Numbered from the stretch's first letter, positions 1 to 13,951 are shown. The stretch: DNA of 64,000 nt from the human T2T-CHM13v2.0 reference genome, Homo sapiens (GCF_009914755.1 NC_060944.1), one strand, 5' to 3'. Numbers and translations: made by a program. The notes: generated by a model not told the origin, from the sequence alone.

Positions 1-23
1 CTCTGGTGACAACGGGGCCCAGA

Positions 24-223
24 CCAGTTGTTCTTAACCAGGCAATCCAGGGGCATTTGGCAATACCTGGACACATTTTCGTTGTCACAATGCAGGTGCT
101 TGGCAGGAGCTACTGGCATCTAGTGGATCAAGGGTGCTCTGTGAACATCTTATGTATTATAGGATCCCCACAACCAAGTGTCTTCTGGCCCAGATGGCAA
201 TAGTGCCAAGGCTGATAAACCCT
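24..223 (+). mobile_element. MER20 (hAT-Charlie non-autonomous DNA transposon)
   Basis: CAGTTGTTCTTAACC...CATTTGGCAATACCTGGACACATTTT...GCTACTGGCATCTAGTGG...AATAGTGCCAAGGCTGATAAACCCT follows the MER20 consensus end to end. Confidence 0.85.
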
Positions 224-254
224 TGGGATCTTTGAGGGAATTCCATACTGGTGA

Positions 255-650
255 GATTTGCTAGTTGCAAGGAACAGAAATGCAATTTATTTTTATGGTA
301 TCAGGCAGCTCCTGAAATTATCTAGAGGCTGCAGAGCCAGGTTCATGCAGCCAGGGACAATGCCCTTCATCCTGATGTGGAACTGGTCAGGTGATGGCAT
401 GGTGCACCGCTGCACCTGCTGAGCACAGATGCTGCACTTTGCCCCAGACTGTTCTCTGGACTCTGCTTCTGGAACCCGTTGTAGCCATTGCAGCTGCCAC
501 CTCCCCACAGCTTCATCGGTGCTGCCCGGAGCTGCAGCTTTGCACTGGCAGCTTTCACTATGTGTTTGGGATGGGTGCTTCTGATTGGCTGAGTCTAGGT
601 CATGTGTTCATGTCCTAGCTGCAAGGGAGTCTAGTAAAATAAGTTTGCCT
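255..650 (-). mobile_element. Old ERVL-MaLR LTR (MLT1J/K-like)
   Basis: AGTTGCAAGGAACAGAAA start; TCTGATTGGCTGAGTCTAGGTCATGTG...CCTAGCTGCAAGGGAG typical of old MLT1 LTRs. Confidence 0.5.
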
Positions 651-1207
651 CATGTTGAGCTCCTATAGGGAATGGCTCTTTGCCTTATAACGCAGAGAAC
701 TCCTCAGACATGGGATGGAGGTTTGGAGGAACCTGACAAAGGGCCAGTCTATCCAGAGACAGGATGTTCAGTAACAGTACCTCAAGCCACACTGAATTTT
801 ACTATGAACCATGTATTGTTTCTCTCCTGTTCAGGTCACTTTCTACCTCCTAGGTAATCTGTCTCTGACTCTTGCTCATCTCTCCTGGTAGCAGAGACAG
901 GCAGGTGTCAGGCTTGGGTCTAGGGTCAGCCACATATCTAGTTAAATACATAATAACTTGTTTTCATGATTTTTCCTCTAATAATCATTTTTAGGCTTTG
1001 TTTTCTCCTGAACTGTTCTTTCTTATGAGATCTTAATGCCATGGATATATTGCATATCTCTTTAGGTTGTCTGTTTATCTGTGTTTTATCAATAAAAAGA
1101 GTAAGACTTTCTTATCCACTCTCCCTCATCCTCCCCAAACAATATTTGCCCTCCTTGGGGCAATTTTGCCCTGCTGAGACTGCATGGAGAGACAGACCTT
1201 ATGTTTA

Positions 1208-1380
1208 GAGTGTCTCCAACTAGCCTAACATCAGACTTAACAGAGGAACCCTCCTAAAAATACAAATCCCTGGCCTTGATCCAGACCTATTGATTCAGAA
1301 ATATCAAGAGAACAACTTGGGAATCTGCATTTTTAACAAGGGCCTCAGGGGATTCTTATGATCAGATAAGTTTTAGAAAT
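1208..1380. mobile_element. MER5B-like hAT element
   Basis: CCAGACCTATTGATTCAGAA...GGGAATCTGCATTTTTAACAAG...GGGGATTCTTATGATCAG. Confidence 0.7.
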
Positions 1381-1388
1381 GATCATGT

Positions 1389-1668
1389 GGGCCAGGAGAG
1401 GTGGCTCATGCCTGTAATCCCCGCAATTTGAGAGGCTGAGGTGGAAGGATCCCTTGAGGCCAGAAGTTCAAGATCAGACTGGACAACATAGTAATACCTC
1501 ATCTCTAAAACAACGAAAATAAATTAGTGGGGAGTGGTGGTGTGCACCTATAGTCCCAGCAACTCAAAAGACTGAGTCAGGAGGATCGCTTGAGCGAAGG
1601 AGTTGGAGGCTTCAGTGACCTGTGATTGCACCACTGCACTCCATCGTGGTGACAGAGCGAGACCCTGC
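1389..1668 (+). mobile_element. AluJ lacking a poly(A) tail
   Basis: Diverged dimeric Alu with J-type motifs (GGATCCCTTGAGGCCAGAAGTTC, GGAGGATCGCTTGAGC, GAGACCCTG). Confidence 0.9.
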
Positions 1669-1670
1669 TT

Positions 1671-1780
1671 CAGTGGTGGCTCAAAACCGTGGCTGCGGAC
1701 TGGAATCACCCAGGAAATTTAAAATTCGATCCATGTTCTGTCCCCTCCCACAGAGATCCTCAATGAATCAGCGAGGGCAT
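1671..1780. mobile_element. MER5A1-like fragment
   Basis: CAGTGGTGGCTCAAAACCGTGGCTGCGGACTGGAATCACCCAGGAAATTTAAAA resembles the MER5A1 end. Confidence 0.55.
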
Positions 1781-1799
1781 GATGACCCTAATAGGCGGT

Positions 1800-1990
1800 C
1801 AGGTGGTTAAGGCTCGGATAGGCTGAGTGGGTCGGGATACTGGCGTTGCAGCTCACCAGCTGGGTGTCCTTGGGGAGGTAGCTTGCAGTCTCTGAGCTTC
1901 AACTCCTTGGGCCTGGAAGATGAGGTCTGGTGAGCATCAGTGAGGGGGTGGACATTTCGTGGTCCACACATAGTAGGTTCGAAATAAATG
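1800..1990 (+). mobile_element. MIR SINE
   Basis: CTCACCAGCTGGGTGTCCTTGGGGAGGTAGCTTGCAGTCTCTGAGCTTC is a degenerate MIR core. Confidence 0.6.
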
Positions 1991-2074
1991 GGAGCTCCTT
2001 GGCTATTACAATTCAGAGGCTGAACATTCCAGATCTGTGTTTGCACCTGTCTTGATCTGTCGCCTGTTGGTCTT

Positions 2075-2178
2075 CTTAAAATGTGGATTCTGATTCAGCA
2101 GATCTGGGTGAGACCCAAGATTCTGCATTTCTAACAAGTTCCAGGAAACATCAATGTTGCCAGTCTGAAGAGCAAGAT
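2075..2178. mobile_element. MER5A fragment
   Basis: GATTCTGATTCAGCAGATCTGGGTGAGACCCAAGATTCTGCATTTCTAACAAGTTCCAGG. Confidence 0.75.
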
Positions 2179-2189
2179 GCTACCTAGAC

Positions 2190-2405
2190 CAGGGTTTCTT
2201 CACCTTGGCATTTGTGGCATTGTGGCCTGGATACTTCTTTTGTGGGGCTGTCCTGCACAGTGTAGGGTGTCGAGCAGCATCCCTGGCCTCTACTCACTGG
2301 AGGCCAGGAACACTCCCATCCCTAGTCCTAACAACCAAAGATGTCTGCAGCCATCGCAAAATGTCCCCTGAAGGGACCAAATTGCCCGCAGTTGAGAAAC
2401 ACCAG
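2190..2405 (-). mobile_element. MER20
   Basis: CAGGGTTTCTTCACCTTGGCA...GCAGCATCCCTGGCCTCTACTCACTGG...AAATGTCCCCTG...GTTGAGAAACAC. Confidence 0.9.
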
Positions 2406-3189
2406 CCCAGGACAGTGAGATGATAGTGAAAAGAGGAAGAAATAACTAGTGACCCAAGTCAGCTGCCTCTGTGCGACCTGAAGCCCAGAGGGTTGGGACG
2501 TATGTGTTGCTGGATGACGACATGAACGGAATGAATGAGCCGATGTAGAACGCCTGGGAGACAGAGGAGCCCCTCATGTGGAACCTGATTGCTGCAGATC
2601 TTGGAGTTTGGTCTCCCCTGGCTGCAAGAGAAGAGTGTAGACGAAACACAACCAAAGTGACTCACTCTGGAGAACAAACCAGACCATTCACAAGCAGAAA
2701 CCAGCGCAGGTTCAGTTATGTTTGGTATACCCAGGAGAGAAGGGAGGCAGTGTCCCAATTCATGTACAGACACGATGTGGGTAAGTTTACCGTTGTGTAC
2801 GTTGAGGTTGCCTTTGAAGGGAAGCAACCCAAGACGGTAACACCAAACAAACACGCCTCTGAACCAAGGCCCCGGAACTGCCAATCTAAACCTCAGAGGG
2901 AACCTCCACACACATGCATATGTGCACACACACGAACGCACACTCCTATGCGCATGGGTGGCAAAAAGATAGCAGGTCTGAGCAGGTCGCTGGAAAACAC
3001 GGGCTCCCATTCATGCGATTCCCTGCATGACTGTACATCATGCAGTCGGCATCTCTAACTGATGCTCCAAAGCATTTTGTTTTATCTGGGATTCAAATCC
3101 ATGACCACCCAACTCCAGAGCACAAACACTGTCCACAAACCTTCTGTGCAATTCTCAAAGCCATTTCACTTTCATGACAAAACGACCAT

Positions 3190-3415
3190 AATAATATGGC
3201 TACTTTTTTGCACATTCTGTCTGCGCCAGTCACTGCCTAAGCATTTTATAGATATCATCTCCTTGAATCCTCACCAGAACAGGACAGAAAATGCACCACT
3301 GTCTGCAGATGAGGGCACAGAGAGGTTGAGCAACGTGCCTGAGGTCACGCAGCTCATAAGTGATGAAGCTAGGAAGGGAATCCAAATGTGTCTGATTCCT
3401 GAGTCCATGCCCATA
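3190..3415 (-). mobile_element. MIR SINE
   Basis: GCAGATGAGGGCACAGAGAGGTTGAGCAACGTGCCTGAGGTCACGCAGCT. Confidence 0.75.
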
Positions 3416-3511
3416 ATAACAACACTTCTGGCTCCCAGCTGACCCGAGACCCTCACTTCGCAAGTGAACAGCAGCCCCAGAGCAGCAGCCTCGGCACCAC
3501 GGGAGCTTGCT

Positions 3512-3592
3512 AGAAATGCAGAGGCCCAGGTGCCCTCAGACCTGCTGAGCAGAAATGCAGAGGCCCAGGTGCCCTCAGACCTGCTGAGCAGA
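3512..3592. repeat. Perfect 39-bp tandem duplication inside a MER5A relic (~3476-3600)
   Basis: AGAAATGCAGAGGCCCAGGTGCCCTCAGACCTGCTGAGC at 3512-3550 and 3551-3589, followed by AGA. Confidence 0.95.
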
Positions 3593-3716
3593 GTCTGCAC
3601 CCTGGCCAGGTCACACACACGTCACCGTCTGGGGTTTACTGGTGCAGAGAACAGAATGACACCTCGCCTCCTTGCATGTTGAAATCCCTCATCTTCATGA
3701 ATTAAAGGGTTCTTTA

Positions 3717-4040
<324 letters not shown>

Positions 4041-4429
4041 TTGTTTTCTAAAAATTCATTCAAGAAATGAATGCTCATGGGGTTTACAAACATCAGATAT
4101 GGTGCAGGAGGACTTCTAACAGAAAGCAAAGTCCCGTTTCCACCCTCCCCACCCCACACCCACCAGGGAGGGTGGCTCACAAGGATTGGCTCTTCCTGTG
4201 GTTTCTACCCTGTCCCTAAAAAATGCACTCAAATAGCTGTGTATCGACTACGCAGGTCCGACAGGCGCAGTTGGCGATGGATGGATATTTCGCTCAGGTA
4301 CGTAACCACTCCAAACCTCCTCCCTCCTGCCCATATATTCACGTCACTGCTTCCAGAACCTCTGCGGGCAGCCTTTGTAAATGTAGACATAGAATTAAAC
4401 TCGTTTCTTGCTCTTCCACTTTTCCGCAG

Positions 4430-4563
4430 GGCCCCTGACCATTCCTGTTTTGTGAGATGGAATCTGGAGCCCCATCCCTCCCTCCTTCCTTCCTCTCCTG
4501 TCCACTCCTGCCGTGGATCTGGGGATCTGGAGAGGCAGGGCCAGGGTCCGTAGGCTGAACTAG
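4430..4563 (+). other. Candidate internal exon (134 nt), probably non-coding
   Basis: Acceptor CTCGTTTCTTGCTCTTCCACTTTTCCGCAG (AG 4428-4429) and consensus donor TAG|GTGAGT (GT 4564-4565); motif evidence only. Confidence 0.35.
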
Positions 4564-5639
4564 GTGAGTGGCTAAAGTCCAGAGCAAAGGCATGGAGAAT
4601 TGGGAGCTGGTTTTGACCCAGTCAGTCCCATCGCCTGTCTGAACCTGATACTGAAACCAGAAGTTCCAGGTCGAAGCTCTGGCTTGCCTATATCTCCCCA
4701 CTGGATAAGACCCTTTTCCAGCGTGAGCCTCAGTTTCCCTACCTATAAGGTAAGACGGCTGTTTTTGTTGTCTGGATTTCTTGGAGTCCATAGCAATGGC
4801 TTTCAGCGTTTCCAGCACTGACAGTGTGAGATCTCCTTGGAAAATAAAGTCACCTCAGATGCCATCTCCCCTCAAAGCCATGGAACTCGTCTCCAGCCAC
4901 AACTCACAGCCTGGCCTCTCTGTCCCCTGAGGTCCACTGAGACCTCTTGCTCTTCTATTTCTTAGAGCCCTGGCAGCCAGGTAGAAACAAATATGGCTGC
5001 TTTTGTTATCAGGAGGGAAGCCACACTGTTCTCCCCTGGCAGGGGGTTGGTGTCAGAGCTCCGGGGGAAGGATGTGTCATCTCAGCACTTCTGAGCCTAT
5101 TCTCTCCCCCTGCTGCGCCCAGCTCTCTTCACACGGTTGGGGGTGGCAGAGGGTCCTGAGCCCTCCCTTCCATGCACACCTCTGCTTGGCTGCAGGCGCT
5201 TGTGGAGCTGAAGGAAGTGCTGCCACGCGCTGTGCAGGTGTGTCACATTATCACCCAGGCCCACTTCAAGGCAAACAGATGAAAACGACAACATTGTCTT
5301 CAGAGCCACCTGGGCTGTGGGCTGCGGGCAAGCAGGAGGGAAGTTTCTCTCTAGGCACCAGCCCAAGAACAAAAGACTGCTTTGGACTTGAACTGTTCCT
5401 TAGTAAGAAAACAGTAACTGGAAGCTCGTTAAAATCATCAGGAGGGCTTTGTGGGATGCTTCGGAGATTTTCTTCTTCCTGGTTATTTAGGATTAACAGT
5501 CAGCGTAGAATCTGTGCCTGCATCCAGACACAGGGACGGGAGGTTTGGAGGAGGGGAGGAGGAGAAGCCATGGCGAAGGTTCATAGCTTAGGAGACCCGA
5601 AGCCAAGGGAATAGGCCAGAAGCAGATCCTGAGAATGCC

Positions 5640-6500
<861 letters not shown>

Positions 6501-7526
6501 GTTAGGCAGGGAGGGTGCCCTGCTGTGACTGGTGTCAGCAGAAGCTCAAGAGCTCTTTAAGGCTTTAGGATAGGCTGAGCATGGCCCTAGAGGAGTGCAC
6601 TCTTGGCGCCGTTCCCGTTGGGTGGTTAGCCCCGGTGCTGATGACAGCACTTCCCACCAGAGCCCTGTCCACACAGCATGGTGGGGACCGGTCTTCTCTG
6701 CAAGACCTCCCCTGACTCCAGGCTTCATGAGGGCAGGGACCAGGACCAGCTTGTTCACTGAGGCACCCTCAGTACCCAGAGCAAGCTCACACCTGGTGAC
6801 ACCAAGAATACTTGTCCATTAGTGAAATCATTTATTTTCTTAGTCCTCACAATACACCCACGAGATGGGGTCGATTATGATTGTCCTGGAGATGGGGACA
6901 CTGCAGTGGTGGGGCCTGCATTCCAAACCAGCACATCTCTGACTCCAAAGCCCTAAGTGACAGCCCCAGGGCAATACAATTTATCAGGATGGCCACAGGG
7001 CTGGAACTGCATTATTAACCAGCATGGGTCCTGGGCGGCTTCTTAAAAAGGAGGCTCCTCCTCCTTCATCCATTGATCTGGCCAGTTCAGGTCCACAGTC
7101 CCTTACTGAGAAGGTATTGATAAGCATGAGCTGTTAGGTGATGCTAATTGGGACTGAAAAAGAATGCCATCCTCAAAGGGCTTCCAGATTGATACACATG
7201 TGGAGAGAGAAGCTCCTGGAATCTGGAGGAGCTGCATCCCTGGCAGCTGGGTGATAAGCAAAGCGCCCCAGGTCAGGGTGGGGTGCATCTTGGCTGAGCC
7301 CCCAGGGCAGTGAGGTACCAGCAGGGAAGGGAAGGAGAGTGCAGGAGACTCAGGCAGACCACACACACAGCCTGAGCAGGTGCGTCCTGGGGCTGGGATG
7401 CCCAGGCTATCTGGGAAACTGAGACCTTTGCCTTGGGTCAGAGCTGCCAGGAATCCTAAGGAGGAAGGAAGGTGACGTCGAGGTGGGTTACGACCATTAA
7501 CCCATGAGGGAGAATCTAATGGCTGG

Positions 7527-7850
7527 TGTATCAGTCAGGGTTCAGCTGGAGAGGCAGAATCAGTAGGAGGCAGATATCAAGGGATTTATTGCACGCAGTT
7601 GGCTTAGGTGACTGTGGGGTCTGGCCAGGCAAGTCCCGAGTCCGTGGGGCAGGCTGTCAGGAACAGCTGTGACTCACAGGCATAGGCCCAGGTCGCTGTC
7701 ACGGGAGGAATTTCTCCTTATGCAGAGAGCCTCTGCCGGCTCCAAGGTCTTTCCACTGACTGGACCAGGCCCACCTGGGTCATCCAGGCCACCCTCCTTT
7801 ATTTAAAGTCAGCTGACTGCAGGCTTTAATCACATCTAGAAAACCTCTCC
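7527..7850 (-). mobile_element. MLT2 (ERVL) LTR
   Basis: TGTATCAGTCAGGGTTCAGCTGGAGAGGCAGAATCAGTAGG...CTGACTGGACCAGGCCCACC...TTTAAAGTCAGCTGACTG...TTAATCACATCTA. Confidence 0.75.
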
Positions 7851-8024
7851 CTGCAACTCTTTCAGGTAGAAGCCGGCCTCCCTCCCTCACCTCCTTCCAG
7901 CCTCTCTTTCCAGTCTCAGGCAGTTCTTTCCTCACTGGCTTAGCTAAAGCAGCACAGCACGCCCCCAGCCCTCTCTTTTCCTGCTGTATTTTTATCACTG
8001 AGCACCTATCACTTCCTGACATGA

Positions 8025-8336
<312 letters not shown>

Positions 8337-8429
8337 CATTTTGTTTATAAATTGACTCAGATGAAAGCTCAGAAAAAGTGGGGATATGTTTTGCAGCTGA
8401 AGATTGTGTCTTTAGAGTCTAGATCCTGG

Positions 8430-8653
8430 CAGCCTGGGCAGTATAGTGAGATCCCCATCGCTACCAAAAAAAAAAAAAAAATTAAAAATGAGCCAAGCAT
8501 GGTGGCGCATGCCTGTAGTCCCAGCTACCCAGGAGGCTGAGGTGGGAAAATTACTTAAGCCCGGGAGGTTGAGGCTGTGGTGAGCCATGATTGCAATGCT
8601 GCACTCCAGCCTGGGTGGCACAGCAAGACCCTGTCTGAAGAAAAGGAACAAAA
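8430..8653 (+). mobile_element. 5'-truncated AluJ
   Basis: Starts at CAGCCTGGGCA in the left arm; J-type right arm. Confidence 0.88.
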
Positions 8654-9439
8654 CATGGTTTATATTTACCTCAATTAAGTCTTCAGATCTTGTTTTTGGT
8701 ATTTTCCCCATGACATGATCAAACTATTCAAGCACTGTTGCTCCCTTTAAAAAACCTCCAAACAAACAAAACCCCAAATCTATCACTTTAATGAGCAATG
8801 TTTTTATGACTCTTGATGACAGAGGAGGGGAGGGAGGCTGCAAAAACAAAATCAGAAATTCCTAAGAGTTTTTGCCCATATAAAACCCTATCTCTGTTGC
8901 ATCCAAGCCCGTGGCGATTCACAGCAATTACAAGAACCATCCAGGGAATTCCCCCGTTTCTCACCGTACCTCCTGCTTAGATTTAAGACACTGATAAGCC
9001 TTTTAAAAAGGATCTCCCCCTTCCCATCCCCATGACTAATAGGCCTTTCTCAGCTTTGTTCAAACGTCTGTACCTTGAAAGGTTTGGAAAACTGGGATTT
9101 CCAAAGAACGTTAAAGCCTGAGCCCGGGAAGATCCTCCGGAGAAGAGCAAATGCTCAGGGGACTCCTGAGCCAAGCATTAAACATGGAGGTTGAGGACAG
9201 TTATTTCAAGATTTCTAACAGGAAGCTTTTTTTTCTTTGCCTCTTTGACTTCTAGTAATTAGTTAATTGCCCTTATGACTAGTTTGCAAAAATCTGCAGA
9301 AGGAACTTCCAGTCCCTTGAGAATAAAGCCTCTTCTATTTTAAGGATCTTTCTTTCTGTTTTTGGTTTTGGTTTTTTTGTGTGTTTGCTTGAGGTTTGGG
9401 GCTGGTGGTACAGGGGAGATTTAAAAAATAGCAGCATTT

Positions 9440-9718
9440 GGCCAGGTGCGGTGGCTCATACCTGTAATCCCAGCAATTTGGGAGGCTGAGGCGGGTGGAT
9501 CACCTGAGGTCAGGAGTTCGAGACCAGCCTGGCCAACATGCCGAAACCCTATCTCTACCAAAAATACAAAAAATTAGATGGGCATGGTGGTGCACGCCTA
9601 TAATCCCAGCTACTTGGGAGGGTGAGGCAGGAGAATAGCTTGAATGTGGGAGGCAGAGGTTGCAGTGAGCTGACACAATGAGACTCCATCTTAAAAAAAA
9701 AAATAGAAAAGAAAAGAA
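9440..9718 (+). mobile_element. AluS with ~30-bp internal deletion in the right arm
   Basis: GCAGTGAGCTGACACAATGAGACTCC lacks the CCACTGCACTCCAGCCTGGG segment; TSD AGCAGCATTT. Confidence 0.92.
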
Positions 9719-10680
9719 ACAGCAGCATTTGCTTATTAGCATTAAGGCACCTGGTACCTGGCTCTCCCGCTACTATCCCCCACTCCAGTCCTCTTCCAGA
9801 AAGCTCTGGGTCCACCTTTATCTCTCAAAAGCTCTTTTAACACAAATTCTATGGGAAAATGCTCCCCAACAAGAAAAAACAGGGTTGCAGAGTTAAAAAC
9901 AAATTACCCAGGCAGTGAGAGAGGAAAAAAACAGAGTAGCTGGCCTCAGGGAGAATGTGTGTTTTCAAACAGGATTTCAAAAGGAGATAGCTGATTGATT
10001 TAGAGACTTAACAACTCCTCAACCAGAGAAGAGAGAATAAAGAAAAAGCTCAGAGGGCTTGGAGTCAACTCAGGGCTCCTTAAATTTATCTTACAAATGG
10101 TGTTCATTCATTTCCAAAACTTTCTAATCACATGTGCAGAACAGACAGGTCTTTCACCTTCACAAAATACATCAGTTCAACGATTTGATTTTCTCTCAGA
10201 AATGTCACAGCATAAAGAAGGTTTTCTGTCTTTTTTTTCCCCTTCTTTTTTCTTAGACCTAAAGGTGATATCATCATGACTAACAGCAAAAGGTATTCTT
10301 GGATCCCGGTTTTGTTTGATGAACTGTTATATATTAAGTGTTACCCCTTTGGTGAGAGCTGTCAAAACAGTTTCATGTAATCTTCCCCAGGAGAAAGATC
10401 TTTGTGATGCCACAAAACTCAAATTATACAAATAACTGTCAAAAGCCATTAAAGTCAGCTGCAGAGGTGGGTGGGGGAGGAGAGAACAGGCGAGAGCCAA
10501 ATCCTTACTTAACGTGCAGGGAAAATTCAAGATGTGGCATCTGCTCATGCTGATGAACAAGAATTCCTGCCTGCCTGGAATCCAGGGGTGAACAATTCAT
10601 TGACTTGCACTCCTAAGAGAGAAGATGTAGAGTCTGGTGACACATACGGGCTCTGAAAGACCCCAACAGCCTGGCCTTGA

Positions 10681-11077
<397 letters not shown>

Positions 11078-12219
11078 TGATTTTAATCATGGAGCCCACG
11101 TGGTGGGTTGATGTGAGCCCTGATTCAGGACACGGTGGATGTGGCGGTGGTTGACGAGGGTTGGACTCTGATGATGGGTCCTCGCCCCCACATATTTTCA
11201 CCCAGTACTTGAGGTACAGCAGGGAGCATTTGCCTGGCGCAGAGGAGATCTGGGGCTGCATTCTCTCTCCCCAACTCTGTGTGGTTTGGGCCAACTTAGG
11301 CTTCCAGACACCCAATGGTTTGAGAGCTTGGGAAAAAGAAAAAAATCCCCAATGGAGGAGAAACTGGAGTTGCAAGCATGTCATGTTCTCAGGAAGTGGG
11401 AACAAGGCCCCAACCCTTTGAGATTAGGTCGCTGGTTCCTAAGTAATGAGAGCCGGCCAGGGGTCCCTCTGTAAATCTCGGAGCCATCTCCCTTGGATGC
11501 ACAGGTGAACTCAGGAGATCTCTTTCTTGACATCTGTCCCCAGGAGGGATGGCCCCCAGCTGAGTCTCAAATCAGAAACAGCTGTGGGAGTGGGAGCTGG
11601 CTTTTGTGGTTGAAAAGCTTCCATGAAGTCAAATGGCCTTCCACTCTGGGTGGTTAGGAGCTGAAGTCCTTGATGCCCCTCTCAGCAGGTGTATCCTGAA
11701 GTTCTCAGCACTAAAAGTTTTTGCAGGAGGCTGATCTTTGCAGAAGAGGCCCTCACCCATGTCTGTGCGCTCATCTCTAACTAAATGCAGGTTGTTCCAC
11801 TCCACACCCAGGAGCCAGAGTGATCGTTCTAAAAACAAATGGGATCCTGTCTGATCCTCAGGCGAAACCCTTCACTTGCTCCCCGCTGCCCCTGGGTCCG
11901 TCCAGGCTTCTGACTGTGGCTCCCAGGCCCTGGAGCCCAGTCCTGCCCAATGGCCTAGACTCAGCCATGGTGCTCTGGACTCTTACTCCCCTGATGCCCC
12001 AGGACGGGAGCTGCCTTTTCCCTGTGCCCCCACCCTCACTAGCAGACCCACATGCCTGCCTGCCTCCCCAGGCCCCAGCCTTGTGCCTCCAGCCTTCTCC
12101 CACCCAGGTGTCAATCACAGTGACAATCCTATTGCTTCGAGCTGAGCCTCTGTTGTCTTCATTCATTTCTACCCGAAAAGCAACAAGCCCCAAATCACAC
12201 ACATGATAGAAGTAGCGTT

Positions 12220-12440
12220 CAAACCTAACCTACTAGCAGGAGCCAGATTGCAGGTTCCTGTCCTGGCTTCATCATCTGTTGACTGTGCCTCTGGGCGAGC
12301 CACCTCTTCACCCGAAGTCTCACCTTCTCCCTGTAGAAAATGGGATGATGATGGTACCCACCTCGTGAGTGGCTGTTGAAACAGCAAATGACATATTATA
12401 ATGTGTTTGGCACTCAACAGGCTCTCAATAACTGTAGGCA
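12220..12440 (+). mobile_element. MIR SINE
   Basis: TCTCCCTGTAGAAAATGGGATGATGATGGTACCCACCTCGTGAGTGGCTGTTGA. Confidence 0.75.
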
Positions 12441-12682
12441 ACTTTTATTGCATTATGTTTTCACTTAACATATCTTAAAAAAAAAAAAACAGAAAATACA
12501 GAAAAGCAAAAAGAAGGTTAAAAAAAATCACCCATAATCTTACCAATGAGAAACAACCAGGATGAACATTTTGGTGAAAATGATTCCAGTCCTTTTTCAA
12601 TGCATATAATTATACCTAAGCCTAAATAGAAATATGCATATATGCAAACAGATATATATGACATACACATTTACCTCTCTAT

Positions 12683-13190
12683 CTTAGCTTTCCTGAGATG
12701 CAATTTGTATACAGAAAATTAATGTATTTGAAGTGAACAATTCAATGCTATTTAGTATATTCATAGACTTGGATGGCCATCATCACAGTCTGATTTTAGA
12801 AGATTTTTTGGCCCCAAAATGAAACCCCATCTTCATTAGCAGTCACGCCATGTTTCTTCTCTCTGCCCAGCCCCAGCAACCATGAATCCACTCCCTGTCT
12901 CTGTGGGTTTACCTGTTCTGAGCATTTCACATAAATGGAGGCATCTGATGCATGGAGTCTTGCCTGGCTTCTTTCACTTGGTCTCACGTGTTCAAGGTTC
13001 AACTGTGCTGTGGCATGGCGAGCACTCTATGTCTTTTTATGGCTGAGGGATATTCCAGGCTATGGATAGACCGCGTTGGTTTGTGCATCTTACCAGTCGA
13101 TGAACATTTGCCTTGCTTCTACTCTTTATTGTGTTATTGTGAATAACACCTCTGCAAGCATTCAAGTGCAAGTTTTTCCGTTTGTATCTA
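12683..13190 (-). mobile_element. L1MB-type 3' UTR fragment
   Basis: AAGTGAACAATTCAATGCTATTTAGTATATTCA...GAAACCCCATCTTCATTAGCAGTCAC...CATTTCACATAAATGGA. Confidence 0.8.
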
Positions 13191-13836
13191 TTTTAGGGGA
13201 GTGAAATCTACACACTGTTTACAAGGTGCTTTTCCCACATTGCAGATATTCTCCGTTAAATATTCTTCTGCACAGTCACTGGTCTGGGCTTCATGGGATT
13301 AAATCTTGGGATATAACATAATTCACTTGGCCGCCCAGTTATTAGTCAATCTCAGCTCCATGAGTGCCCCGTGTCCGGTTTGTGCCTTCCTATCATCCCT
13401 CCCTCGTTCCAAAAGCATCTCAGAAGCTTGATGGCTTCACCTGTGAGACCCAACTCACTGGATGGTTGGACCCAAAGTCCCCCTGAGAGATAATCTCCCA
13501 GCAGCGCAGCCGTGAGACGAGGATGGGAGAGCAGCGAGCGTGGGACCAGGTGGGTTCCTGCCAGGGGAGCCCAAGGTAACAGGGGTGCGATGGGCTCCTC
13601 AGGCCCCTCAAACCCAGCATGTGCAACGCTGGCTCAGCCCTGACCTTCTACATTCCTATGTTCCCTCCGTGCCCTTCCCAGAACCTCATTTGGAAATATG
13701 GGGTCATTCCCATGCTTGAGGATGAGAATGCTTGTGAGGATTCCCATGGCCTGCCTGCCCACCAAGCCTCAGGGCCAGTCCCCCTGGGCTCCAGGAGCAG
13801 CTAGAGAACAGTTCTCTCTCTCCTCCTGCCAGCCTG

Positions 13837-13840
<4 letters not shown>

Positions 13841-13886
<46 letters not shown>
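13841..13886. repeat. (TG)23 microsatellite
   Basis: Pure TG run. Confidence 0.97.
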
Positions 13887-13887
<1 letters not shown>

Positions 13888-13951
13888 ATGCGTGTGTGTT
13901 GTGGGGGTAAGAGGACACATTCTCCTCCCCAATTTTCAAAGATACAGTCAT

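Noticed and set aside
815-858. Possible 19-nt microexon (TTCAG|GTCAC...CCTAG|GTAATC)
   Set aside because: Not frame-preserving, no host gene evidence, and such motif pairs arise by chance.
2459-3058. Overlapping 183-aa (-) and 160-aa (+) ORFs
   Set aside because: No recognisable family; includes low-complexity CA-rich sequence.
5003-5614. 203-aa ORF in largely unique DNA
   Set aside because: Non-ATG start, no recognisable domain; plausible by chance in GC-rich sequence.
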